Assembly: GCA_964016885.1 (NCBI GenBank)
Contig: OZ024742.1
Location: forward strand, 117,304,001-117,368,000
Reading direction: 5' to 3'
DNA: 64,000 nucleotides
Origin: Eledone cirrhosa
Lineage: Eukaryota
The position numbers were made by a program, and so were the translations under genes. Position 1 is the first letter of the stretch, and each line of letters opens with the position of its first letter. Under the pieces are notes generated by a model. The model made no database searches. It was not told the origin of the DNA and saw nothing but the letters and a program-made list of their open reading frames with translations. Shown piece after piece: positions 25,578-38,305 of this stretch.

Positions 25578-25580
<3 letters not shown>

Positions 25581-28500
25581 TTCAAGAGACTAGGTGGAGA
25601 GGGGGGGGGTGCCAGATTCATCGTGGGTAAAAAGCGATGCTATAAACTTTTCTGGGTGGGAAATGACATTGGACAGGGTGGTGTAGGAATTATGTTAGCT
25701 GAAAAATGGGTAGATAAGGTAATTGACGTAAATAAAGTGAATGACAAAATAATTGAATTAAGACTAGTTCTAAATAGAACTACTGTGACAATAATATCTG
25801 CTTATGCACCCCAATCTGGTCTACCTGATGTTATAAAGGACAGGTTCTATGAGATGCTAATGCACACTACCTCCCAAATAACCGACAGTGACTACTTAAT
25901 TATTGCTGGTGATCTAAACGTTCATGTTGGACAACATAGTGATGGCTATGATGGAATCCATGGAGGCTATGGGGTTGGAAATAGAAATGAGGAGGGCTTC
26001 AGAATCCTGGAATTCTGTGACGCAAATAGCCTAACTATCTGTAACACAAACTTAAAAATACGTGAAAACCACTTGATCACCTATAGATCAAGGGAACACG
26101 CCAGCCAGATAGATTATATCCTTACTAGAAGATGGGACAAAATGTCTGTAGTAAACACTAAATCCCTCCCCCGTGAAGAATGCACCTCCCAACATAGCCT
26201 AGTAGTTAGTGACCTCATAGTCAGGAATAGACGTACTCAACGACAGAGGAGGCCTACCTTGAGGAGAAGAATATGGAAGTTGAAGGTCCCCATAGCCAGT
26301 GACAAATTTAAAAGCTTATTACTTGATGCCTTTGACAATAAGGAAGAGCAATTAGAGATGTGCAATATAGAGGAACAGTGGCAATTCTTGAAAGTGAACC
26401 TGCTGAAAGCAACGGATGAAATCTGTGGCTGGAGCAGACCTATTGGCAGGAGGAGAGTAACTTCGTAGTTGAACAGTAAGGTGGAAGAGACAATCAAGGC
26501 CAAAAAGCAGGCTTGGAAAGTATGGCAGGATGGGGGAAGTAGAGAGCACTACCAAGTGGCCAGGAGAGAAGCTAGGAGGCAAGTGTACCTTGCAAAAAGA
26601 GTAGCAGAGGATAGAAAGTTCAAGCATGTTCTACAACATGAGAACCAAAAATGTGAGGTGTCAAGGAAAACCGTGATATTGTCGGGGAGAAGTGTGTCCA
26701 TAATAATAAATGGTGTACTTGCGCTCACTGATAAGAAGATAGCGTGGAAGTGTCACTACAAGAGACTATTAAATGAGGAGAATAAATGGGAAAAAGATAG
26801 TCTGCCCCAAATTGATCCAATAGAGGGACCAGCGGTTCAAGTTAAAGGTAGTATAATAAGTAAGGCAATCAAAGATATGAAGACAGGCAAGGCAGCTGGG
26901 CCTTCGGAGATAGTTGCTGAGATGTTGAAGGCATCTGGTATGGTGGGACACACTATGGTCAACCGTATAGTTAACCAAGTAATACAGAATGGGGTCATAC
27001 CGAAAGACTGGCGTAGCAGCGTCATGATTAACTACCACAAGGGTAAAGGGGATGCTCTAGATAGGGGAAACTATAGAGGCATTAAGTTAGTTGACCAAGT
27101 CATGAAGGTCACAGAAAGAGTTATAGCGCAACTAATCAGAGAGCGAATTGATCTAGATGAAATGCAGTTTGGATTTGTGTCAGGTAAAAGTACCACAGAC
27201 GCTCTTTTCCTTGTACGACAACTACAAGAGAAGTACCTAGCTAAAAGTAAACCCCTCTACTTAGCTTTTGTAGACCTGGAGAAAGCTTTTGACAGAGTCC
27301 CCCGCTCCATTATCTGGTGGGCTCTTAGAAAACTAGGTGTAGATGAATGGCTTGTGAGAGCTATACAAGCTATGTATAATGAAACAGTCAGTAAGGTTAG
27401 AATTAACAATGAATATTGTGAAGAATTTAGTGTAAAAGTTGGCGTTCATCAAGGCTCTGTCCTTAATCCCCTCTTATTTATTATTGCCCTTCAGGCTATA
27501 ACAGAGGAGTTCAAGACCGGCTGCCCATGGGAACTCCTATACGCAGATGATCTAACGCTCATAGCTGAATCAATGGCTGAACTAGAGAAGAAATTCGAAA
27601 CATGGAAGCATGGCCTAGAATCAAAAGGCCTTAAAGTTAACTTGTCTAAGACTAAAGTTCTAGTTTGTAGGAAGGAAAATAGGGCACCGGTCCCATCTGG
27701 GAAATGGCCATGCTCAATGTGTAGGAAAGGAGTAGGCAGAAATTCCATTTTATGTCCCAAATGCAAAGTATGGGTACATAAAAGATGTAGTGGGATCACA
27801 GGTAAACTATCTAAGAACGTAGATTTTATATGTGGCCAATGCTCAGGTGCAATAAGTAGCAAGTGTCCAAAGGATACTAGCTCCTTCTATTGCCCAGATG
27901 GTTCTATAGAAATAGTAGACACTTTCCGTTACCTGGGTGATGAAATCAGCAGTGGTGGATGGTGTTCTGAAAGTACAGTAGCCAGAGTCAGAACGGGATG
28001 GAAAAAGTTCAGAGAGCTTATACCGCTGTTGGGCACAAAAGGTTTCTCTCTAAATATGAAAGGCAGATTGTATGATGCCTGTATACGAACAGCAATGCTA
28101 CATGGCAGTGAGACATGGGCATTACGTGCAGAGGACCTGCGTAGACTGGAAAGGAACAAAGCATGCATGCTCCATTGGATGCGTAATAGTAATATACATG
28201 AATGGCAAAGCATAAATGAACTAAGTGAGAAATTAGGAATAAGAGGGATCAGATGCTGTTTACTTGAGAGAAGACTACGTTGGTATGGTCACGTGATGCG
28301 CATGAAAGATGACAGCTGCATAAAAAAGTGCAGGGCGATCAAAATTGATGGTAGTTACGGAGTACGTAGACCCAGAAAAACCTGGGATGATCTGGTAAAT
28401 TCCGACCTCACACACTTACATCTCTCTAAGACAATGTCTCTGGACCGAGATCTTTGGCGCTACACAGTAATACAGAAGATCTGCCTTGCCTATGTACAAA

Positions 28501-28853
28501 GTGAAACCTACAGTCAGTAGGCACCTCTTAACCAAATATTCACCCCAATCCACTACCCCTATCCTATCCTATCCTCCCACTCCCACCAATAGCAAGAGAA
28601 AATGAGATCGAGATCGTGTAGGTGTCACGACAAAAAAAACACACACAGTCCACGCTGTAATGTGGCCGTGTAGGGACACGGTAAAAAGTTCCCAGGCCCA
28701 CACTGTAAATGTGGTTGGTGTTAGGAAGGGCATCCAGCCGTAGAAAACCTGCCAGATACTCCTATGTGAGCGGGACACAGTCACCCGACCAGCCTAACCC
28801 ATGCTAGTGTGGAAAATGGACGTTAAACGAAGATGATGATGATGAGATGATGA
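25578..28853 (+). mobile_element. RTE LINE, slightly 5'-truncated and disabled (APE endonuclease + RT + PHD finger)
   Basis: ORFs 25623..26468 (GDLN, SQIDY) and 26469..28520 (NYRGIKL, DLEKAFD, YADD); stop at 26466 and indels near 26660-26730; (GAT)n tail; preceded by (AT)n. Confidence 0.96.
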
Positions 28854-29919
28854 TATATATGTGTATATACATATACACACACACACACATCTATCTATCT
28901 ATATATATATATGCTCATACACGATGGATTTTGTACAGTTTCTGTTTATCAAATTCTACTCAACAAGGAATTGGTCAACTAGAAGACACTTGCCAAAGTT
29001 GCCACAGATTTAGATTGAAGTCAGAATCACATGACTGTAAAGCAAACGTCTTAACCACACAGCCTTACCTGTGTCTTAGTTCTGTACAAATAAAATGGTA
29101 AAAGTATAAAATACTATAAGCTAAATTACTAATATAAGATTCTGCAATTATATTTCTTTTCTTTTATAATTATTCTTTCTCAGCCATTTATACTGACTTA
29201 GGTCAATTTGGCATTGTATTCTGATGGAAATGGATGTAATTATGGATAATTATTGTTAAATACACTGGAGCACTTTAATAGCTGGTCTGTTAATATAGTT
29301 GGAAAATTCATTGAAAAGAGAAACAATGAGTGAGGTTGGGGGGGGGGGGGGACCACATAGTTACTGTACATGCTAGAAACAACAAACAAAGTCCTCTAAA
29401 ATCACACGGTAAGTGTCTAGGACTGTTTTTGAATGTTCCCTTCCTTCTTGTTGTTTTTGTTGATTAACACTGGACCAGCTCTGACTAAGCAAACAAATTA
29501 TCAAAATATTCCAACCATGACCATCCTGTTTTGTTTTTTTTTCCAGTTAAGCCAGGACTACATTATCAGATGTGTCTTGAGATTTTTAGAATGGCATGTT
29601 GTATTTTGAAGGGAATTTGGCTGCTATTTCTACCCAAAGCAAAGGAAAATTTGACGTTATAGTCCTAGATACATTCTATACATTCTTTTATAAAGAATAT
29701 TATCTCTCTGTCTATCTACGTATGGATGATTACAGTTGGGTAAAGAAATACTGCACCAGTAGTTGCAACTGAAAGGAAGATGCAGAAGACCAAAGAAATC
29801 ATGGCAGAATGGAGAAAGATGATCTGAAGATGTTAAAATCTCACAAAGGAAATGTAAAAAGAATAGATTTTGCTAGTCCAACACATACAACTATGGAAAA
29901 ACAGATGTAAAAGTGATAT

Positions 29920-31460
29920 ATTTATAGATGTGTGTGTGTGTTAATATTGACACTATTTAGCTTATCTACTATTGTTGAATTGTACTTTGAAGCTTCTATG
30001 TGGTTCGTTGACCTGCTAGAAAGAGGTTTAGTTTTTTTAAGGTCAGTCTTCACAACCAAATTCCTGGGTCTGCCTTTTCCATAAGTCCCAGCCACAGGAA
30101 TTTCTCTGCATTTCTTTATGCAGCTGCTATCTTCCATCCACATCACATGTTCATACCAACACGATCTTCTCCCTTGCACACTTCATCCAATTCCTCTCAT
30201 GACAAGTTTTTCTTTCAGTTTTCTTAATCTATGCCATAACATTACTCATCCATCAGAGCATACTCAACTTGTTTGTTTCTAGTCTCAGCAGGTCTTCTGC
30301 AGTCAAGGCACATGTTTCACTGTCATGTAGCATTGCCATTCACTTACAGGCATCATACAGTCAATCCTTCACTCAGACATAAAAGCTCTTTGTTGTCAGC
30401 AGTGGTAACATTTCTCAAAATTTCTTCCAACCTGTTCTTATCCTAGCTATCACAATTTTGGTGCATCCTCTCCAACAGCTGACTTGATCATTTAGGTAGC
30501 AAAAGCTGTCAAATGTCAGGTGCCTCTCTGGCAACTGAAGGAATCTATTTCACATGTACTCTTTGTAATCCTCTTGTGCATGTACCACATATAAAGTCTA
30601 TCTTTTCCATTAGCCTACCTGCAATACCATTACATCTCTTGTGCATCCATAAATTAGACTATGTACACATTAGGAAATTGCAGCCTACCCTTTTCTGACA
30701 TATAAACAAGGCAACTTACCTGATGGTATCATCTTTCTTTCTTCTTTCCTACTTATTATTATGTTCCTCTCTGCTGAGTTTACTGTAAGGCCTTTCAACT
30801 TTAGGTTCTTCTTCCATGTTTGAAATTTTGTCTCTAACTCTTCTACGGGTTCAGCTATAAAGACTAGTTTGTCAATGTATAGAAGCTCCCATGGAGTGCC
30901 AGTATTATATTCATCAGTGATGGCCTAAAGGACAATGATAAACAGGAGTGAACTGAGGAATGATCTCTGGTGGACTCCCACCTGCATTTCAAATTCATCA
31001 CTGTACTCATTGTCAACTCTCACTCTGCTGCTTTCTCCTCTACACATGGTCTGCACGACCCTCCCAAGCCTTTCATATACAACAAACTTCCTAAGGGCCC
31101 ACAAGATTATAGAGCATGCGACTCTGTCAAAGACCTTCTTCAGATCTACAAATGCTTGCCTTAATTATTCATGCTGTAACCCTTTCAGCAACTTTCATGA
31201 CCTGGTCTATCAGCTTAATGCTTCTGTAGTTACTTCTCTCTAGTGCATCTCCTTTGCCTGTGTAGCAATTTACAATAGTACTAATGCACCAGTCATTGGG
31301 TGTGACATCATCCTGCACTACTTGATTAACTATGTGCATAACCAGCTTGTATCCTAACATGTTAGATTCTTTTAGCATCTGAGTGACTATACCAGATGGT
31401 CAAGCGCTTTCCCTACTTTCATGTCCTTAATTGTTTTATCTATCATACTGCTGTCAACTT
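29920..31460 (-). mobile_element. Old degraded RTE LINE
   Basis: Minus ORF pieces DALERSNYRSIKLIDQVMKVAER and WYEHVMWMED...GRPR; remnant of the PHD region near 30560-30720. Confidence 0.85.
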
Positions 31461-31464
31461 TTTA

Positions 31465-32040
31465 AATCAAAATGTGAAGCTTTTATGAAACTTCAGCATA
31501 TATTGTGATGAGGATATCAGCAAGATAACCAGATCTAATACAGGTAGACAAGGAAAAAAGACATTGGCTCTTAATTGACATAGTGGTACCTGGAGATGAC
31601 AAGGTGACAGAAAAAAGGATGAAAAGAATGAAAAATATCAAAACATGAAGCATGAAATAAAGTGAGTTGGTGTATTACAGAGGGTGGAGGTCATTATTAT
31701 AGTTGTGGGGCGGCGGATTGCCAGTATCGGTAGAGGGTCGGACGCCATGCTTTCCAGCATAGTTACGTCCCTTTGCGATCTGAGTTCAAATCCCGCCGAG
31801 GTTGACTTTGCCTTTCATCCTTACGGGGTCGATAAAATAAAGTACCAGTAATGCACTGGGTAATTGCTGGCCTTGTGCCTAAAGTAGAAACAATTATTAT
31901 AGTTGTGGGGGTTTTGCTGTCATGAAAAAAAGGTGCTAAATTGGATTTCAAAGATTGGTGTTGAAATGTGAACTGAGTAACTGCAAAAGACTGCACTTCT
32001 GGGAACAGCAAGAATTTTGAGAAGGGTACTACAAATGTAG
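31465..32040 (+). mobile_element. R4/Dong-type LINE 3' relic (restriction-like endonuclease domain), interrupted by a SINE
   Basis: Manual translation: PDLIQVDKEKRHWLLIDIVVPGD...EKYQ...VEVIIIVVG...LQKTALLGTARILRRVL. Confidence 0.8.
31709..31892 (+). mobile_element. Meta-domain SINE, full length, TSD attattatagttgtgg(gg)
   Basis: Duplication at 31693-31710 and 31893-31910; B-box gagttcaaatcc. Confidence 0.9.
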
Positions 32041-32204
32041 TAATTGATGAGGAACTGCAGACCCCCGAGGAACTTATTATGACCTGCTCCTTCAAGGTAA
32101 TCTTTATGGCAGAAGATCAATATGAAGAAATAATAATAAGGCTAGCAATTTCTGGGGAAGAGGAAAGTTGATCAAACTTGACTGGTACTTTATTGACCCT
32201 AGAT

Positions 32205-32759
32205 CAGAGAATCTCAAAGCGGGCACTACTGCCCCCTGGGGGAGGGGGCGTTGAGAAGGTCCAAGGGGGCGCTGGAGCCTAAGGGGCTGGTGGCGTGCAG
32301 TAGAGATGATATTATAGTATATTAAATATCAAATGATACATGTTATATATAAATATTGTAAAATAAAAAAATATATATTTATTTATACATAGTATAACCC
32401 GCCGAGGTTAACTTTGCCTTTCATCCTTACGGGGTTGATAAAATAAAGTACCAGTAATACACTGGGTAATTGCTGGCCTTGTGCCAAAAGTAGAAACAAT
32501 TATATTATTTATTATATATAAATTAAAGTACCAGTCATGCACTGGGATTGATTTAATCGACTTTCCCCTCCCCCGAATAAATTGCTGGCTTTGTGCCTAG
32601 ATAAGAAACCATTATATATAAATTAACGATTTTATTTATTATATATTATTTACAATTTGCATGTAGACAGGTCTGCCTGGAAATAGATTTGGGGCTGCTG
32701 AGGATATTATGTGACCACAAGGGGAGGCGGCGGTGGTCCCGAAAGTTTGAGAACCTCTG
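32205..32759. mobile_element. Non-autonomous hAT (Charlie/Buster-type) element with 8-bp TSD
   Basis: TIRs cagagaatctcaaa / tttgagaacctctg; TSD ccctagat at 32197-32204 and 32760-32767. It splits an older Meta-SINE and itself contains SINE pieces. Confidence 0.88.
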
Positions 32760-33846
32760 CCCTAGATGGACAAAAGGCGAAGTTAACCTTGGGGGGGATT
32801 TGAACATAGAACATAAAGAGCCAGAATGGTAATACTAAGAGTGACAATGGAATCAATAAAACATTTTATACAAGTTTGAAAAATACAGCTGTGAAAACTA
32901 ATTTCATTTATATAATTAGCTAAAAGTATTGAATATTGCTGTGTATATTTTTTTCATATTATCATTTGAGATTTATTCATTTATTATAAGTACATGACAG
33001 TGTGTGTGTTTGTGTGTGAATGATTGATTGTTTTTCTTTCGTTTATACTCACAACTATGCATGTATGTATATGTGTGTGTACGCATGTATACATGCATGT
33101 GTGTGTGTATATGCATGCATGTATACATGCATGTGTGTGAGAATTAATTGTATATGTGTTTTTGTCTGCATATATAAGTGTTTGTATGTGTGCCTTGTAA
33201 AATATATATCCATGTGTCTACATTGATATACATTTATGTATGTGTATAGCAGAATAACTGGACATCAAATGATGACGATGAGGATTTAAGTGTGTGCGTG
33301 TGAATGGGAGAGAGGAGGAGAGAGAAATAGCAAGAGAAAGAGAGAGGGAGTGTGTATGTACCTGTGTGTATATAGGTTTATACTCATGTATTTGATTTTG
33401 TGAGTATCTTGAGAAATGTGCCTGTATGTCTACATTGATAAACACACACTCACACATGCCTATGTACATGTTTGTATAAATAGAAAGCTATTATTCTTTG
33501 AACATCTACTGCTAAATTTATGACAGTAACATAGATTAAATTGTCTTTCTGACTTTCACATTTTAAACTTATTGAACTTTACAAAGTGTACAAAAATGCT
33601 AAATATTTTGTCTGTGTTGTTACTGCTGTTTAATCATAAGTCAGCTCTGATTGAGCAAACCTATTTTTTGCAGGCAGTCTATGAGTAGAGGAGAGGTTCA
33701 GTTGGTATATTGGTCCAAAATCTAGAGTACCAAGGAGGCCAGTGATTATTTTTACATACATCTTTAAAACTTCTCAGCCCCCTTGAATATATAGAGGTGT
33801 TCCTTTCCTAGCCATGAACTGTAAGCAGCTGTGTTCTGTCATACAT

Positions 33847-34187
33847 GAAGCTGTTTGGCTTAGTGGGTAGATTGTTGAGCTCACAATCTTGAGGTTGTGA
33901 GTTTGATTCTTTGACCAGGCAGTCTGCTATGATTTTGAGCAAAACACTTTGTTTTACATTCCTCCAGTTCACTCAGCTGGAAAAGTAAGTTGCAGCATCA
34001 CTGATGCCAAGCTGTATCAGCCTTTGTCTTTCCTTTGAACACTATCAGTGGCATGGAGAGGGGAGACTGGTAAGCATGGGTGACTGCTGGTCTTCCAAGA
34101 AAACTTTCTTTACCAAGGCTTCTTTTTTGGACAGGAGCTTTCTATCATAGGTGCAAACCCATGGTCATTCATGACTGAAGAGGGGCT
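33847..34187 (+). mobile_element. Old tRNA-derived SINE
   Basis: A-box tggcttagtgg, B-box-like gagtttgattc, core ttgagcaaaacacttt...ctccagttcactcagctg shared with 37652 and 60893. Confidence 0.75.
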
Positions 34188-34725
34188 ATTCTGTGATATA
34201 AAATTTCTCGCAGATGCTCTGATCACATGCATTTTTGACTATTCTATATTTTTATATCTAGGACATTATCTAATATCCTTACTTTTTCATGATAGTAGGG
34301 ATGTGTTTTGAGAGAATTTGTCTCCTATTTCTAGTAGGATGAGTAACCACCTTGAGGCTTTACCTTTGTCTGTGTTATTGAAAGTGGTGAATTGGTGATA
34401 AATAATTGGACAAAATATCTAGTTATGTATCTTTGAGTTCTAAGTTCAAATATTTTCAGGTTTCATTTTGCTTTTCATCATTTTTCAGGTTTGATGAAAT
34501 GAATACTAGTTTCTGTTTTTGTTGTTTAACCCTAGGTTAGCTTTAATCAATTATAGCTATACTTCGTGCTGCCCAGAATGGTGCTTGAGTTCAGTCCCAC
34601 CCCCACACCTAATAAACACTGCACAACACCCATCAAAAGTGATAAAAAGTAGTGCCCCATTTATCATGCTATGTTATTGAAACACATTTTATCCGTGATC
34701 ATCCCATGTATATATATATATACAT

Positions 34726-37508
34726 GAGTGTCTGTTGTTAACACTAAATCCCTCCCCCATGAAGAATGCACCTCCCAACATAGACTGATAATTAGCGACC
34801 TCATAGTCAGGACGAGACGTACTCGACAACAGAAGAGGACTATCCTCAGGAGGAAAATATGGAAGCTAAAGGACCCCACAGCCAGGAATAAATTTCAAAG
34901 CATATTACTTGATGCTTTCGACAGTAAGGAAGAACATTTAGAGTCGGACAATATAGAGGGAGAGTGGGAATTTCTGAAAGCAAACCTGCTGTTGGCGACA
35001 GACGAGGTCTGTGGCTGGAGCAGGCCTGTAGGCAGGAGGAGAGTAATATGGTGGTGGAACAGTAAGGTGGAGGGGTCAATTAAGGCCAAAAAGCAGGCTT
35101 GGAAAGTATGGCGGGATGGGGGAAGTAGAGAGGACTATCAAGTGGCCAGGAGGGAAGCTAGGAGACAAGTGTACTTAGCAAGAAGGGAAGCTGAGGAAAG
35201 AAAGTTCAAGCATGTTCTACAACGCGATGACCAAAAACGTGAGGTGTTCAGGATTGCTAGGCAATGCGTCAAGGAAAACCGTGATATTGTCGGGGAGAAG
35301 TGTGTACTAAACGACGATGGCACACTTGCCATCACCGACGCTGATAAGAAGGTAGCTTGGAAGTGTCACTATGAAAGGCTTCTAAATGAGGAGAATAATT
35401 GGGAGAAAGGCAGTCTCCCCCATATCGACCCAATAGAGGGACCAGCAGTGTTAGTCGAGGGGAGTATAATAAGTAAGGCAATCAAGGATATGAAGACTGG
35501 TAAGGCGGCTGGGCCTTCGGAAATAGTTGCTGAGATGCTGAAGGCATCTGGCACGGTGGGACACACCATGGTCACCCGCATAGTTAACCAAGTCGTACAG
35601 AATGGGGTTGTTCCGAAGGACTGGCATAGCAGCATCATCGTTAACTGTTATAAGGGTAAAGGAGACGCCCTAGATAGGAGTAACTATAGAGGCATTAAAT
35701 TAATCGACCAGGTCATGAAGGTCACGGAAAGAGTAATAGCGCAACTAATCAGAGAGAGAATTGACCTAGATGAAATGCAGTTTGGATTTGTGTCAGGTAA
35801 AAGTACCACGGACGCTCTTTTCCTTGTACGACAACTACAAGAGAAGTACCTAGCTAAAAGTAAACCCCTATACTTAGCTTTTGTTGACTTGGAGAAAGCC
35901 TTCGACAGAGTCCCCCGTTCCATTATCTGGTGGGCTCTTAAAAAACTAGGTGTTGACGAATGGCTTGTGAGAGCTATACAAGCCATGTATAAAGAAACAG
36001 TCAGCAAGGTTAGAATTAACAACGAATATAGTGAAGAGTTTAGCGTAAAAGTTGGTGTCCATCAGGGCTCTGTTCTCAGTCCACTACTATTTATTATTGC
36101 CCTTCAGGCTATAACAGAGGAGTTCAAGACAGGCTGCCCATGGGAACTCCTATACGCAGACGACCTGACACTCATAGCGGAATCAATGGCCGAGCTAGAG
36201 AAGAAATTCCAAACATGGAAGCACGGCCTAGAGTCAAAAGGACTTAAAATTAACCTGGCTAAGACCAAAGTACTAGTTTGTAGGAAAGAAAACAAGGCGG
36301 CGGTCCCTTCTGGGAAATGGTCGTGCTCGGTGTGTAGGAAAGGCGTAGGTAGAAACTCCATTTTATGTCCTAAATGCAAAGTATGGGTGCATAAAAGATG
36401 TAGTGGGATCACAGGTAAGCTAACTAAGAACATAGATTTTACATGTGGCCGGTGCTCTGGTGCAATAAGTAGCAGCAAGTGCCCACAAACTACTAGCTCT
36501 TTCAATTGCGCAGAGGGTTCTATAGAAATAGTGGACAGCTTCCGTTACCTGGGCGATAAAATCAGCAGTGGGGGAGGGTGCTCTGAAAGTACTGTAGCTA
36601 GAGTCAGAACTGGTTGGAAAAAGTTCAGAGAGCTTATACCACTATTAGCTGCTAAAGGGTTCTCACTAAAAATGAAAGGCAGGTTGTACGATGCCTGCAT
36701 ACGAACAGCAATGCTGCATGGCAGTGAGACCTGGGCATTGTGTGCAGAGGATATACGCAGACTAGAGAGGAACGAAGCTTGCATGCTCCGCTGGATGTGT
36801 AACAGTAATATACGTGAACGGCAAAGCATAAACGAACTAAGGAAAAAATTAGAGATAAGAGGGATCAGATGTTGTTTACTCGAGAGAAGGCTACGTTGGT
36901 ATGGACACGTGATGCGCATGAAAGTCGATAGCTGTATAACAAAGTGCAGGGCAATAAAGATAGACGGTAGTCACGGAATAGGCAGACCTAGAAAAACCTG
37001 GGACGAGCTGATAAACTCCGACATCACACACTTACACCTCTCCAAGACAATGTCACTGGACCGAGACCTTTGGCGGTACTCAGTAACAGAGAAGACCCGC
37101 CTTACCTAAATATATAGTAAAACCTACTCCAGCCAGTAGGCATCTCTAACAAAATACACCCCGTCCCACCACCCCCACCCCCACCCGATCCACACCACCC
37201 CGTTCTATGTAAAGTTATGTTGGTGCCGCGCCTTCGAGGCCGAAACAAATGAGATCGTGTAGGTGTCACGACAAAAAAACACACAGTCCACGCTGTAATG
37301 TGGCCGTGTAGGCAACACGGTAAAAACCTCCCAGACCCACACTGTAAATGTGGTTGGTGTTAGGAAGGGCATCCAACTGTAGAAAACCTGCCAGACAGTC
37401 CTATGCGAGCAAGACAATCACTCTTGCCTCAAGTGGGACTACCCCCGTCCAAACCCATGCAAGCGTGGAACACGGACGTTAAACGTTGATGATGATGATG
37501 ATGATGAT
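34726..37508 (+). mobile_element. 5'-truncated RTE LINE with uninterrupted 793-codon ORF (RT + PHD finger) and complete 3' UTR
   Basis: ORF 34728..37109 with QFGF, DLEKAFD, GVHQG, YADD, C4HC3, FRYLG; (GAT)n tail then AT-rich repeat. Confidence 0.97.
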
Positions 37509-37557
37509 ATACATATATATGTATATATATATATATGTATATATCTATATAAATATG

Positions 37558-37589
<32 letters not shown>

Positions 37590-37651
37590 CATATATATAT
37601 GTATATATATGTATATATAGAGGATAACAATATATCGTTAAAGGTAATCCA

Positions 37652-37990
37652 ATGGAGGCATATGGCTTAGTGGTTAGAGCATTGGCCTTGCAATCGAAAG
37701 GTTGTGAGTTCAATTCTCAGACCGGGTGTTGTGTTGTTTCCTTGAGCAAGACACTTTATTTCACATTGCTCCAGTTTACTCAGCTGTAGAAATGAGATGA
37801 TAAGGACTAGGGTCCCTATCATTCCACTGTAAAGTGGTCGTGGAGGTGCCACGGCAAAAAAGCACCCAGCACTCACTGTAAATGAGGTTGGTGTTAGGAA
37901 GGGCATCCAGCTGTAGAAATCAAGCCAGAATCAGTTCCCGTCCCACCCTTGCAAGCAGGGAAAAAGCGGACGTAAAATGGAATGATGATG
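37652..37990 (+). mobile_element. tRNA-derived SINE with RTE-derived 3' tail
   Basis: A-box tggcttagtgg, B-box gagttcaattc, central core, pseudoknot-like modules; tail cccacccttgcaagcagggaaaaagcggacgtaaaat..gatgatg matches the family-B RTE end (1560-1620, minus). Confidence 0.88.
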
Positions 37991-38124
37991 AATGATATAT
38001 ACTTATATATATAAGTATATATACATATATATATAGATATATACATATATATATACATATATATACATATATATATAATATATATACATATATATATATA
38101 TATACATATATATATAAAAATATA

Positions 38125-38156
<32 letters not shown>

Positions 38157-38157
38157 A

Positions 38158-38305
38158 ATCATCATCATCATCATCGTTTAACGTCCATCTTCCACGCTTG
38201 CATGGGTTTGGACGGGAGTTTTCCCACTTGAGACAAGATTGGTTGTCTTGCTCGTATAGGACTGTCTGGCAGGTTTTCTACGGCTGAATGCTCTTCCTAA
38301 CACCA
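38158..38305 (-). mobile_element. Inverted ~150-bp RTE family-A 3' tail abutting the 5' end of the long RTE
   Basis: Reverse complement of 42115-42268 with several substitutions. Confidence 0.9.

Noticed and set aside
37652-37730. tRNA-like sequence (also 33847, 60893 and Meta-SINE heads)
   Set aside because: A/B boxes lead into SINE bodies; no complete cloverleaf or acceptor stem.
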